A stretch of 64,000 nucleotides of DNA from an uncultured bacterium (GCA_903945435.1 CAJAVM010000003.1:1352-65351); one strand, 5' to 3'; counted from the first letter of the stretch, positions 1 to 10,130 are shown. Made by a program: numbers and translations. Notes: generated from the sequence alone by a model not told the origin.

Positions 1-279
1 CCAGAAATTATGCCCGATGAAGCTATTGCCGCCGGGGCATACATTATTTCTACTGGTCGCAGTGATTTTCCTAATCAAGTAAATAATGTGTTAGCATTTC
101 CTGGTATTTTTCGCGGCGCTCTTGATAATAAAGTGAAACAAATTACTGATGAAATGTTAGTTAGAGCGGCTGAAAATTTAGCTGGCTTGGTTGAAGTTCC
201 AAATGTTAATTTAATACTTCCAGATCCTTTTGATAAAAGAGTTTCCGAAACTGTCGCCAAGGCGATTTGTGTGTTATAA
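1..279 (+). CDS. NAD(P)-dependent malic enzyme, C-terminal fragment (5' end lies outside the window)
   Basis: The frame is open from base 1. The translation ...STGRSDFPNQVNNVLAFPGIFRGALD... matches the conserved C-terminal NAD-binding region of malic enzymes. Confidence 0.6.
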   Translation, partial: PEIMPDEAIAAGAYIISTGRSDFPNQVNNVLAFPGIFRGALDNKVKQITDEMLVRAAENLAGLVEVPNVNLILPDPFDKRVSETVAKAICVL

Positions 280-310
280 TATATAAATAATTTACTAAAT
301 AATAAAAATT

Positions 311-1180
311 ATGAAAAAAACTATTATTTGGTCTTTGGTAATTATGATGGGAGTATCTTTAACTTTTTCAGGTCCTATTTTTGCTCAAGACGATACAACT
401 ATTGGAACTAGTTCTGATGAACTAAAACCAGTAACAACTTTATATACATCTGATGATGGTTTAAGACCGGAACCAAGATTAATCAGTGAACAGAAGTCAA
501 ATATGGGTGGTTTAGAAAAAATTCTTACCCCTGATCAAATAAAATATTTTGAAAAAATAATAAAGCAAGGGAATGCTTTGTATGGAGTAAAAAAAGGAAC
601 TTCTACTGATAATAAAGGGACTACCACTGTAAGAAATGAAATTAATAAGCTGGAAAAAATTTCTACTCCTCAATTAATTAATTTTTACGAACAAATTAGA
701 AAGATTGGAAATTCGCTTTGGGGAATTAAAAAAGAAGAGCCTAAAAAACCAGAGATGAAAAATGATGACCGTAAATCAACTTCTACTCCGGCTACCTTTG
801 TTAAGCCAGAGCAAGCAGCTTGTGTAATTGCTGCGATTGAAATTAAAGACAGTACTTTACAAGAAAGTAATACATACCAAGCAACTAAAATTAATGAAGC
901 AATTACTACTCGTAGTAATTGTCAAAAGGCTGCTCTTAATTTAAATACTTCCGCAACCGCCTCAACAACTGTAAATGTTGCTGATCAGCAAAGAGAAGCT
1001 CTTAAGGCTTGTGTAAAAACATTCGAAAATACAGTAAAAGTAGTAAGGGAGGCTGCTAAAAAAAGCCATGATACAATTTGGGAAACCTATAAGACTGGCT
1101 TAAAAGCTTGTCATCCATTAACCTCATCCGTTCAACCAATTATGATTGAAGATGGTGGTGGAAGTTTGTTAGCTCAATAA
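311..1180 (+). CDS. secreted hypothetical protein with two internal about 60 aa repeats
   Basis: N-terminal signal peptide (MKKTIIWSLVIMMGVSLTFSGPIFA). The motif LEKI(L/S)TP(D/Q)...(K/R)(Q/I)GN(A/S)L(Y/W)G(V/I)KK is duplicated. No recognisable family. Confidence 0.5.
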   Translation: MKKTIIWSLVIMMGVSLTFSGPIFAQDDTTIGTSSDELKPVTTLYTSDDGLRPEPRLISEQKSNMGGLEKILTPDQIKYFEKIIKQGNALYGVKKGTSTDNKGTTTVRNEINKLEKISTPQLINFYEQIRKIGNSLWGIKKEEPKKPEMKNDDRKSTSTPATFVKPEQAACVIAAIEIKDSTLQESNTYQATKINEAITTRSNCQKAALNLNTSATASTTVNVADQQREALKACVKTFENTVKVVREAAKKSHDTIWETYKTGLKACHPLTSSVQPIMIEDGGGSLLAQ

Positions 1181-1196
1181 ATTTAACATCACAAAA

Positions 1197-1236
1197 TAAA
1201 AACAGGCCTTTAATTTAGGGGCCTGTTTTGTTTTTG
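1197..1236 (+). terminator. rho-independent terminator for the 311..1180 gene
   Basis: Hairpin aacaggcc(1201-1208)/ggcctgtt(1220-1227) followed by ttgtttttg. Confidence 0.5.
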
Positions 1237-1237
1237 T

Positions 1238-1270
1238 AAAAAAATACCTCAACTTTTTTAGGGCTGAGGC
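1238..1270 (-). terminator. rho-independent terminator for the minus-strand gene 1312..2412
   Basis: On the minus strand cctcagc/gttgagg gives a 7 bp stem (one G-U pair) followed by a U-run (complement of aaaaaaata at 1238-1246). Confidence 0.4.
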
Positions 1271-1311
1271 ATTCGTGTTTAAGAGAGAAAGGATTTGTTC
1301 CTTTTAGTAGT

Positions 1312-2412
1312 TTAATTTGTTTTTTTTGGTTTTGGTTTATAGCCGCAAAACCTTCGGCCATTTTTGCTGTAGGCGCAAGCGCGACAGCGTTTCTTGTTTT
1401 GTGTACAGCGTGCGGGACGCTTGAAAGAATTTTCCGAAATAATGATAAGCATTATTGGTAATTCTTTTTCAGCTTCAGCTTTAGTTGGGGATTCTTCTTC
1501 GTGAATGTCAGTTTTTGCATTGGTCGTTGGAATTACTTCTTCAGGGACAACGATGTTTTGATTGGGAACAAATTCCCAGCCCTTTGGAAGTTTAAACTCA
1601 TCCAATATCATACCGTTAGTGCAAGCACTGCGGCAATATTTGAAAGATTTTACTCCAAAGAAGTTTTGGACTTGAATCTTACAAACTGATTCACCTGGAC
1701 GAATCCAGACATTGCGATCTTTACCATCACCAAACTTCATCAGTACATTGATTTTATCTGGTCCGCTAGAACGCCACATTGTTCCTCTTTGGATAGCGAG
1801 AACCTTTGCTCCAGGTTCTGCAAACACATTCTGAATATCAGAAATAATTTCTGATTCTTCAAGATTGTTGAGATTTCTTCCTACCGGCGGGTAAGAATCC
1901 GGGTTATGCTTTTTTGTCCACCATTTACGTCCGCCAACTGTTAGAGGAATCATTGGTAGGATAGCGAGCCACCACAAGTTTTTAGATTGTGATTTTTCGT
2001 TCGAAGAATCAGGAAGTAGATTCAGAGCTGGTTCCTCTTTGGAGGCGTTTTCTTGCTGGCTAACTGGTCTGTGGTAAACAAAATATTCTTCATCTCCGTA
2101 AACTTCACGGTGAACCATTCTCCAAATGCAGTCATGCTTTCCGTTCGCATCAACTCCGCCTACTTCGCGCAGCTCGGTATCATTTTCATCCCAATAGGAT
2201 GGGAAGAGAATAATGTCGCCAACTTGAACTTTGTCTAAATCAGCGAATCTCCCTTCGTTCATCTCCATCACCCTTTTATAGGTGGCGGTGAATTCCTGGT
2301 CGAGATTTTCATAATAATTCCGCTTAGCTTGCCCATCTATAGCGAGGGCTAGAATAAAGAAACATGTCGCTACCATAGCGACAGAAAACCAGAAAAATTT
2401 TTGATTTTTCAT
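1312..2412 (-). CDS. hypothetical membrane-anchored protein with Cys-rich basic C-terminal tail
   Basis: 366 aa ORF with an N-terminal TM helix. The C-terminal tail CTQNKKRCRACAYSKNGRRFCGYKPKPKK is encoded by a locally GC-rich stretch. No family recognised. Confidence 0.45.
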   Translation of the reverse strand: MKNQKFFWFSVAMVATCFFILALAIDGQAKRNYYENLDQEFTATYKRVMEMNEGRFADLDKVQVGDIILFPSYWDENDTELREVGGVDANGKHDCIWRMVHREVYGDEEYFVYHRPVSQQENASKEEPALNLLPDSSNEKSQSKNLWWLAILPMIPLTVGGRKWWTKKHNPDSYPPVGRNLNNLEESEIISDIQNVFAEPGAKVLAIQRGTMWRSSGPDKINVLMKFGDGKDRNVWIRPGESVCKIQVQNFFGVKSFKYCRSACTNGMILDEFKLPKGWEFVPNQNIVVPEEVIPTTNAKTDIHEEESPTKAEAEKELPIMLIIISENSFKRPARCTQNKKRCRACAYSKNGRRFCGYKPKPKKTN

Positions 2413-2657
2413 TGCGATTAATTTTTGTTAAAGTGCTTTGTTTTTTTTGATACGACCCCCGTACCTTAGGATAGAAGCGTGATTTTGATTTCTCATTTTC
2501 TATGCCATTATTATAACATATTTATGATAAAATGTCAATAAAGAAGGGAAAAGAGACAGTAAAACGGGATATTTTGCAAAGTAAAAAGGCTTTCTGGAAA
2601 GAAAGCCTTTATATCTAAGTGGGTAGCGTGATGTTAGCTAATAAATCTCTAATAATA

Positions 2658-2671
2658 GTCAAAATTTTGAC
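2658..2671. promoter_or_regulatory. perfect 14 bp palindrome GTCAAAATTTTGAC (candidate operator) in the 560 bp divergent intergenic region
   Basis: Read directly from the sequence. A half-site-like CAAAATTTG follows at 2672-2680. Confidence 0.3.
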
Positions 2672-2972
2672 CAAAATTTGAGTAGCTAAATCCGCTAATT
2701 CGGGAGGGAGAAGCCATTTTAACACAACTATTGTGAGCAGAAGAGCAAAAAAGCTGTTAAATAATCTAAACATATGTTTAGGTATTAGGGGCAAAGATTT
2801 AGTATCTTATTTACCCCCAGCAAAATTGAGCTGCTGCTGTGGCTATCCTCTTATATATAGAATTGGAATGAACTACTTAAACAATAACATATATTAAATA
2901 TTTAGTCAATGGGCTTGGGATTTATGTTAAATCTGTTATAATTATGTTAGCATTTTTTAAGTTTATTAAAGC

Positions 2973-5237
2973 TTGCCGCTTATAAAATCTAAATTTTATA
3001 TTATGTCGTCAAAAACTTATTTACGTATTCTTCAAGGGGGATTAATTTTTTCTTTGTTTTTTGTACTCTTTGTTTTTACTGATTTGCTTTTTCCTTACAT
3101 CAGTTCTAAACAACTTTCCTTTAATATTTTAATGGAATTGTTGCTAGCTATTTGGCTAGTCTTTATCTGGCGCTATCCTAGTTATAGGCCTAAATTAAAT
3201 TTGATGATAGCTGGCCTAGTTGCTTATTTTGCTGTTATTTTAGTTTCTTGTTTTACTGGTGTTGATTTTAATTTAAGTTTTTGGGGAGACGTCGAAAGAA
3301 TGCTAGGTTTTTTTCACATTTTTCATTTCCTTATTTTCTTCTTTATTCTAATAACTGTTTTTAGAATGTGGACGGAATGGATGATGTTGTTTATTGCTTC
3401 CATTACTGCTGCGGTTGTAGTTAGTTTAATTGGTTTATTTGGTGCAAATGGATATAGTACTATTGGAAATACGGCATATGTGAGCGGCTATTTAATCTTT
3501 AACATTTTCTTCGCGGCAATTCTATTCTTTCGTGCTCGTTCAAGCTGGCGCTATCTTTATGTTATTCCAACCTTAATAATGCTTTTTCAGTTTAAGGGCA
3601 TGCATACTTCGGGTGCAATTATTGGATTGGGGGCGAGTATATTTTTAGCTATTTTGTTAATTGGTATTCTTCATAGTAATAAAAAAATAAAATACAGCTT
3701 ATTATCTGTTTCAGCTTTAATGATTATTACGGTAGCCGTTATTTTTTCTCAACAACAATCAGCTTGGTTTCAAAATAGTTTTCTTAAAAATTTAACTTCA
3801 CAAAAAGTTACTTTTCAGACTAGATTATTATCTTGGCAGGGGGCAGCTCTTGATTTCAAATACCATCCTTGGCTAGGAACGGGTTTTGGTAATTATGCCA
3901 TTATTTTTGATCGTCAGTTTAATCCTATCTTCTTTAACTATGATAAAGTAGAAACTTATTTTGATAGAGCTCACAATAACTTAATTGATATCGTATCAAC
4001 TACTGGAGTTATTGGACTTATGGCTTATTTAAGTATCTTTATTTTTGTTTTGTATTATCTGTGGCTTGAACTAAAAAAGAATGGTTATAAGATTAACGGA
4101 GAACAAAATGGTTGCCGAAATTTGGAGATAGTTTTAGTTATCGCTTTAATGGCCGCTTATTTTATTCAAAATCTGGCCGTCTTTGACTCCTTTGTTACTT
4201 ATATTGGATTAATGATGATGCTCGGGTTTATCTACTGGTTGCCGAAAGAAGATGCTTTCAAGAGTGAAGAGGAGACTATTAATACTGCCTGGCTTAAAGA
4301 TAGTGAAAGAGAATGGTTTGCGCTTATTATTATTTTCCTGATCGCTTTATTTATAGTATCTAAATATAACATGAAGCCATACCGGATGCTTCAGGGGGTT
4401 ATTAAGGGTTATTCTAGTATTATGGTCGGAAGGTCGGAGGAAGGTTTCAATATTTTTAGAACGAGTTTAACCGATACTCCTTTAGATAGAGACGGTCGTG
4501 GAACATTAATAAATTTAGTTGCCAGTAATCCAGAGGCCTTAACTTCCTTGTCTGTTGAAAGTATGAAGCTAGATTATGAATATCTCGTTTCTTTAGTTGT
4601 TAAGAATCTTCAGTATAATGAACAGGATAGTTTATTTCAATTACAAGCGGCTCAAATTTATGACTTAGGTGCACGTATCTTTTTTAAAGATGACGCCCAA
4701 AGAACTTATTACTCGGAATTATCTTTAGCGGCCGCCGAGAAAGCAATTGCCGCTAGTCCTGGAAGAATACCTGGCTATTTTGTTAAGGCTCAATCATATT
4801 TAATGCAAAATAAAGTTCAAGAAGCAATTGAAACTTTAAAATACGCAGCTAGTCTTAATCCTGATTACCCACAATCATATTGTCGCTTAGCGCAAGTATA
4901 TATGTTATCTGAAGCTGTTGATGAGGTTAAAGAATCTCTGGAGAAATGTGTAGACGGAGGGGCTGTTAGTCAGCTTGGCTCTGCTAATTCATTAATCATG
5001 GCGGCAACTTACTTGGCGGAAACAGAGGATTATCCAAGAGCAATTATTGTAGTTGAACAATTAACTGAGGTTTATGGTGATAAGGCGGAGGTGTGGCTTA
5101 ATTTAGCCAAACTTTATGTTGTAGTTGGTGATGCTGATAAGGCTAAGGTAGCTGCAGATAAGGCAGTCGAACTCGACTCAACTTTGAAAGGCCAGGCGGA
5201 TGCGATTTTAGAGCAATTAACCATTGACAATAAGTAA
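2973..5237 (+). CDS. O-antigen ligase (Wzy_C)-like polytopic membrane protein with C-terminal TPR repeats
   Basis: About 12 TM helices in the first 450 aa, including a Wzy-like WLGTGFGNY loop. The C-terminal 250 aa has TPR-like A/L/Y-rich repeats. The true start may be the ATG at 3003 (MSSKTYL...). Confidence 0.55.
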   Translation: MPLIKSKFYIMSSKTYLRILQGGLIFSLFFVLFVFTDLLFPYISSKQLSFNILMELLLAIWLVFIWRYPSYRPKLNLMIAGLVAYFAVILVSCFTGVDFNLSFWGDVERMLGFFHIFHFLIFFFILITVFRMWTEWMMLFIASITAAVVVSLIGLFGANGYSTIGNTAYVSGYLIFNIFFAAILFFRARSSWRYLYVIPTLIMLFQFKGMHTSGAIIGLGASIFLAILLIGILHSNKKIKYSLLSVSALMIITVAVIFSQQQSAWFQNSFLKNLTSQKVTFQTRLLSWQGAALDFKYHPWLGTGFGNYAIIFDRQFNPIFFNYDKVETYFDRAHNNLIDIVSTTGVIGLMAYLSIFIFVLYYLWLELKKNGYKINGEQNGCRNLEIVLVIALMAAYFIQNLAVFDSFVTYIGLMMMLGFIYWLPKEDAFKSEEETINTAWLKDSEREWFALIIIFLIALFIVSKYNMKPYRMLQGVIKGYSSIMVGRSEEGFNIFRTSLTDTPLDRDGRGTLINLVASNPEALTSLSVESMKLDYEYLVSLVVKNLQYNEQDSLFQLQAAQIYDLGARIFFKDDAQRTYYSELSLAAAEKAIAASPGRIPGYFVKAQSYLMQNKVQEAIETLKYAASLNPDYPQSYCRLAQVYMLSEAVDEVKESLEKCVDGGAVSQLGSANSLIMAATYLAETEDYPRAIIVVEQLTEVYGDKAEVWLNLAKLYVVVGDADKAKVAADKAVELDSTLKGQADAILEQLTIDNK

Positions 5238-5284
5238 AAATTTTGATAGACTATCTGCATTGTTCATTCTAAAAAATGTAGGAA

Positions 5285-5644
5285 ATGTTTAAAAAAAAGG
5301 TTTTTACACAAGACATTGAGGAGCGCAAAAAGTTGCTCACAGGAAGATTAGGTTTTATTACCGAAGAGTTAAAGAGTAATGAAAAAAGTCGTTATTTTAG
5401 GTGCCGCGGTTATCTGCGAGAAATTAGCTTACAATATGATATAAAGCAGTTTCTTTTCAAGCCCGACGAATTCATTATTGATAAACATGGTATTTTATCA
5501 ATATGTATTGGAGTCGCTAAAGCGCCAACTACCTTTGACGGTAATGTACTATGGATCTTTTCTGAGGGTGATTCTGAAATTTCTTTCATTTCGGAATATG
5601 TTCCCGAATTGATACAAAAAAATTATGAGGCTTTAGCTTCGTAA
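5285..5644 (+). CDS. hypothetical protein
   Basis: 119 aa ORF, no recognisable motifs. A terminator follows. Confidence 0.35.
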   Translation: MFKKKVFTQDIEERKKLLTGRLGFITEELKSNEKSRYFRCRGYLREISLQYDIKQFLFKPDEFIIDKHGILSICIGVAKAPTTFDGNVLWIFSEGDSEISFISEYVPELIQKNYEALAS

Positions 5645-5675
5645 ATTACTCCAAACAATGCAAATTGTAAAAAAA

Positions 5676-5711
5676 GGGTTTATCTTCACAGATGGACCCT
5701 TTTTTATTTTT
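5676..5711 (+). terminator. rho-independent terminator
   Basis: 9 bp stem GGGUUUAUC/GAUGGACCC (two G-U pairs), loop UUCACA, then UUUUUUAUUUUU. Confidence 0.5.
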
Positions 5712-5802
5712 CTTAATAAAAACTTTAAGTTTCTATCAGGTAGTTTTTGTTATAGTCGTTAGACCGATATAGGTCGGTTTTATAAACTAATTTATAACGA
5801 TT

Positions 5803-6699
5803 ATGATTAAAATCATGCTGGTAGTAAAAAAAATATTTTCTACTTTTAAACGTAAGGCTCGTCGTTTAATTACTAGATTATTAAGATTCAGACATTTATC
5901 AAGGAAGTACAAAATTTTGCTATTTTTATCTTTAGTATTTATTTTATTGATTCTTTATTTATCCTCTGAGATGTTATTGCTTAGTTCTGCGCGTTTAAAT
6001 TTAGCTAAATTAAAAAGAGCTATTTCTTCGCCTGGGCCATGTCATGAGGATTGTTTGCAGGCTCGCGAATTAGCTGAATTAAAAATTTCTCTTTCATTGA
6101 AAGAAGATAATGGACTAAAAAATGATATTAAAAAATATTTATTAGATAAGGATTTAAATAATACTTCTTTCGCATTTCAACAAGAACTTCTTAAAATAAT
6201 TAAGATGGCATATGGGGTTAATAATCCTCCCGATTTTTTATTTGATTATTTAACAGATAGTACTGGTAATCCGCAAATAAAAGCGGAAATTGTTCGTTTA
6301 TTTCTATCGGAAATATCAGAACCCTCATTAGTCGAATATTATTTTGCTATTTTAAATAGCGAAGAAGACCAAATTGTAAAAGAAGAAGTAATTAGAGCTT
6401 TGAGCTCTGTGCAAAATAAGGCTGATGTTTTTAAGATAGCAGAAATTAGAATATTGAAGGAGTTAATTTTATCAGATAATAATTCTCTGGATTTAAAATC
6501 TGGTGCGTTGTTTTTGTTGAGTGATTATTTTTTGATATTTTCCGAAGATACTAGAATAGCATTAATAGAAATTTATGAATCTTCACCAGAGCTTATGCTT
6601 AAGGCAATTACGGCCGATATATTAAACAATTTTGGTTATAGCGAATTTGTTATACCAGAAATTTCTGATGTGCAGTGGTCTAAATATTTAAATAACTAA
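5803..6699 (+). CDS. hypothetical membrane-anchored protein
   Basis: 298 aa. Basic N-terminus, then a TM helix (ILLFLSLVFILLILYL). The rest is alpha-helical and leucine-rich. Confidence 0.4.
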   Translation: MIKIMLVVKKIFSTFKRKARRLITRLLRFRHLSRKYKILLFLSLVFILLILYLSSEMLLLSSARLNLAKLKRAISSPGPCHEDCLQARELAELKISLSLKEDNGLKNDIKKYLLDKDLNNTSFAFQQELLKIIKMAYGVNNPPDFLFDYLTDSTGNPQIKAEIVRLFLSEISEPSLVEYYFAILNSEEDQIVKEEVIRALSSVQNKADVFKIAEIRILKELILSDNNSLDLKSGALFLLSDYFLIFSEDTRIALIEIYESSPELMLKAITADILNNFGYSEFVIPEISDVQWSKYLNN

Positions 6700-6712
6700 T
6701 TGATAAATCTAT

Positions 6713-9700
6713 ATGGTAATAAAAAAATATTTTTTAATTCCTATTATATTATGGCTCGTAGTATGTTTTTTCCCACAAAATGCCTTAGCTCTTACTCCGG
6801 GAGCATTGGTGTATAGAACATCTAGTGAGGGAAGGATGTACGGTTATAGTGGCGATAATTTATTAGAAATTGATAATAAGGGAATTTTGAAACACATTTA
6901 TCCCGGACATGTTGGTATTTATATTGGTCAAGAAAATGGTGAGGATTATATTGTCGAAGCATTAGCTGGTGGAATAGTAAAAACCCCAGCAAAATATTTT
7001 GTAAATGAAGCTTTGGGAGAAAAATTATTAGGTGCAAAGTTGCCTAAGAATGCTAATAATATAGAAATAGCTAAAGCAATTAAAATTGCTAAGAGCTTAG
7101 TTGGTACAAAGCTAGGTTATGATTTTGATTTTAAAAAACAAAAAGGTCCAGATGACGGTGACTGGACTTGCGTTGGTCTTACTGAAAAAATATATGAGAG
7201 TGCTGGTATTTCTAATCCTAATAATTTAGGTGCTTTAGAATATAATTCAGATTACTACGCTGTTGATATTACCCCTGACGGGTTTGATAATACAAGTTTG
7301 GCAAATAGCGACGGTGATTGTTTTTCCAAAACTCTTGAATTTTCTAAAATAGAGCGTCGAACTGATTTACAATTACCGCTCCCAGAAATAGTCGGTTTTA
7401 ATGCTGGGGTTGAATATCAAGGAGATAGATATATTTTTTTACCTTATACTCAGTTCCTCCAATCAACTTTAAAAAGTGAAAAAACTGATATTGTTTTGGG
7501 GTCTAATTTTAATGATAAAGATGTTAGAGGTAAGACTCCCGTTGCTAGTTTGATATTGCGCTGGAGTCTGATTAATAATCCTATTTCTTCTCTTAAGACT
7601 ATTGCCCAAGCAACAATTGCACCACTGATTAGCCTTAAGGATAAAATATTTGGTATAAAAAAGGGAACTGAAGTTGTTTTAGAAAATAATATTATTAAAG
7701 ATGAATCTCAATTCATAGAATCTGAAAAAGATATTGCAGTAGACCAGCCGCGTTTACCAAAAATTGAAATTAATCAAACGGATATTACCACTCAGGACGA
7801 TCCCGCAATAAAAGCTTTAGCGGCTGTAGCTGAAGAGGATGTGAAAGATGAGGAAAGGGGAGTTACAATGGACTCTGAATCGGCCGTAATAATAGCTTCT
7901 GCTTCAACTGTAAAATCCTCAGTTATGCCCTCACTAGTCAATAATAAAAATAATACTCCTACAAAAACAGCTATAGCGATAAATAATAATGTAAATAATA
8001 CTAATACTAATCAAACTAGCTCTGCCGTAAAAGCGTCTGTATCAAAATTAGTTTCTTCTGTTAGTTCTCCAGCGGTCGCTAATTTAACTAAATCAGTTCC
8101 ACAATTAATAGCTGCTACTTCTAAAATTAGTGCTGGAGTAAAGCCTGCCGGGAATCAAAGTGTCGCAACCACTACAAGTCAGTCAGCAAATAGTTCTTCT
8201 TTTAATACTCCACTTGCAGTTATTAATAAAATTTATAGTACGGAAAACAATGATTTTATTGAATTATATAATCCAACTAATTATGACTTTGATTTAGCGG
8301 AAGCAGGCTTTCGTTTGGAAAAAGCTAAAACTGCTGTTGACCCTAGTTTAGTAATGAGAATTGGTAATGTAAGCGATGGCATATATCCTGGAGGGACCAT
8401 TATTAAAGCTAGGGGCTATTATCTAATCGTAAGGGATGATGCTAATAGTTATTATAAAAATAAAGCCGACGCAATTGCAATTCGGAATGATTTTAGCTGG
8501 ACTGATTCTGGTTATATAATTTATTTAGGTAAGGGAGCTCTTAGCTCTAGCTCTGATGAAGATATTATAGATGCTGTTGGGTTTGGCGAATCAACTTATT
8601 TCCAAGGAGCGGGGTCAGCGCCGAAAATAGAAGATAATTATATTTTAGATAGAATAAAATCATCTGGAAATAATTCTACCGATTTTAATTTAATTGTTTC
8701 TGATGATCCAGGAATAGTTTGGGATGAAAGTGTTACGAATGAAAATAATACAAACACAAATTCAAATGGCAATACAAATAATAATACTCAAGCGAATGAT
8801 AATGAGGCGGATAGTCAGTCAGCTAATCCCGACTTATTTGTTGCACCTACTCCAATAAATTCATCAGGAATATCTGATTTATGGCATTTTGATGAGTGTT
8901 ATGGGGTATATAATTATGCTGTTGGCCGTTTTGGCTGTTCGATTGATGTTGGTTATATTAATCCTAATTTTAGTAAACAACTTAGTTCAAATATAGATTT
9001 AAATAAATTTTCCGTTAGTTTTTATTATCGTAGCCCAAAATTAAATTATGCTTTGTCTAGATTAACTTTGAAATTAAGAAATGATAGCGGACAAGAATTA
9101 AAAATTATGTTAGATGAGGCCATGCTAGAGGTTGAGGGGCTACCTAATTCTGTTTCTCGTTATTACGATGCCAATATATATCCTGATAATTTATGGCATC
9201 AATTTACACTTGTAATTGATCAGGGTGCTGGTTATTGGGCTATATATTTTGATGGTCAGGAAAAATATAAAAATAATTTTATTCAAACATTGGCTAATAA
9301 TTTTTCTAGTTTAGAGATTAGTGGCGATGTTGGCCCAGCCTCATTAGATGAACTAGTGTTTTGGAATCGGTCACTCTCAAAATCAGAAATTATAACTAAT
9401 TTTCAATCACTGGCTCCTTTTGCACCGGTCTTTGCAAGGGAATCTCAAAAAATAGCTGAGTTAAAATATTTTTGGAATTTTAATGAAGGGCACGAATTAG
9501 TTAATGAAGGCGGCGGATTAAAAGCAGTTGATAAATTACAAGGAGTAAATTTAATTCTTCCAGAAAATTCTTGGGTTTGGCGTGGCTTAGCTAATACTGC
9601 TATTTCAAATAGGTGGGATAATAAAATAGGCGTTGATTTACCAACACCTTTAGATTCTAAGGATTTATCTTTATCTTTTTGGTGGCGTAGTAAATTGCCG

Positions 9701-10084
9701 CCACTTGAAGGCCGTTCTGCTATTTCCTTGAAGTATAATGATGGCTTAAAAATGAATTTAGCTCCTGACTTTTATCGTCGTAATTATTATTTTCAAGGAT
9801 ATAATAGTTTTGGTGAGGGAAATAATATTGACTTGCCTTATGATGATAAATGGCATCACCTAGCTTTAACTTATGATTCATATCGTTATATCTTAAAATT
9901 TTATGTTGATGGTCAGGAAAAACAGTCAGCACGATATTTCTGGATAAAAGATGGCGAAGAACCAAATCGTCTTGAAATCAAGAATGAATTAAATGGCATT
10001 GAACTTGATGATTTAGGCCTTTGGGAGGGAACATTAACAGCCACAGAGATTAAAAAAATATATGAAGATAGCCTGATTAAGTAA
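6713..10084 (+). CDS. large secreted surface protein: N-terminal permuted NlpC/P60-like region, lamin-tail domain (LTD), two C-terminal LamG/concanavalin-like domains
   Basis: Signal peptide present. The His...Cys order in PGHVGIYIG...DWTCVGLTEKIY suggests a permuted papain-like fold (inference). FIELYNPT is the LTD signature. Two jelly-roll-like segments carry WHF/WHH motifs (LWHQFTLVID; DKWHHLALTYD). Two N/T/S-rich low-complexity linkers. Confidence 0.55.
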   Translation: MVIKKYFLIPIILWLVVCFFPQNALALTPGALVYRTSSEGRMYGYSGDNLLEIDNKGILKHIYPGHVGIYIGQENGEDYIVEALAGGIVKTPAKYFVNEALGEKLLGAKLPKNANNIEIAKAIKIAKSLVGTKLGYDFDFKKQKGPDDGDWTCVGLTEKIYESAGISNPNNLGALEYNSDYYAVDITPDGFDNTSLANSDGDCFSKTLEFSKIERRTDLQLPLPEIVGFNAGVEYQGDRYIFLPYTQFLQSTLKSEKTDIVLGSNFNDKDVRGKTPVASLILRWSLINNPISSLKTIAQATIAPLISLKDKIFGIKKGTEVVLENNIIKDESQFIESEKDIAVDQPRLPKIEINQTDITTQDDPAIKALAAVAEEDVKDEERGVTMDSESAVIIASASTVKSSVMPSLVNNKNNTPTKTAIAINNNVNNTNTNQTSSAVKASVSKLVSSVSSPAVANLTKSVPQLIAATSKISAGVKPAGNQSVATTTSQSANSSSFNTPLAVINKIYSTENNDFIELYNPTNYDFDLAEAGFRLEKAKTAVDPSLVMRIGNVSDGIYPGGTIIKARGYYLIVRDDANSYYKNKADAIAIRNDFSWTDSGYIIYLGKGALSSSSDEDIIDAVGFGESTYFQGAGSAPKIEDNYILDRIKSSGNNSTDFNLIVSDDPGIVWDESVTNENNTNTNSNGNTNNNTQANDNEADSQSANPDLFVAPTPINSSGISDLWHFDECYGVYNYAVGRFGCSIDVGYINPNFSKQLSSNIDLNKFSVSFYYRSPKLNYALSRLTLKLRNDSGQELKIMLDEAMLEVEGLPNSVSRYYDANIYPDNLWHQFTLVIDQGAGYWAIYFDGQEKYKNNFIQTLANNFSSLEISGDVGPASLDELVFWNRSLSKSEIITNFQSLAPFAPVFARESQKIAELKYFWNFNEGHELVNEGGGLKAVDKLQGVNLILPENSWVWRGLANTAISNRWDNKIGVDLPTPLDSKDLSLSFWWRSKLPPLEGRSAISLKYNDGLKMNLAPDFYRRNYYFQGYNSFGEGNNIDLPYDDKWHHLALTYDSYRYILKFYVDGQEKQSARYFWIKDGEEPNRLEIKNELNGIELDDLGLWEGTLTATEIKKIYEDSLIK

Positions 10085-10130
10085 ATTTAGCTAAGACTTG
10101 CCTTTTTTAGGCTTTTATTGTACGATTTAA

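Noticed and set aside
75-260. Numerous other short antisense or embedded ORFs in the track (e.g. 75..260, 1501..1689, 2053..2238, 6822..7037, 9720..9965, 14626..14817, 22326..22565, 24594..24878, 26624..26827, 28303..28652, 30293..30493, 34749..35027, 36213..36533, 36990..37187, 42258..42443, 45387..45605, 50778..50969, 51454..51717, 61536..61842, 62519..62734)
   Set aside because: Each is nested within, or antisense to, a longer ORF with recognisable protein-family motifs. None has independent support.
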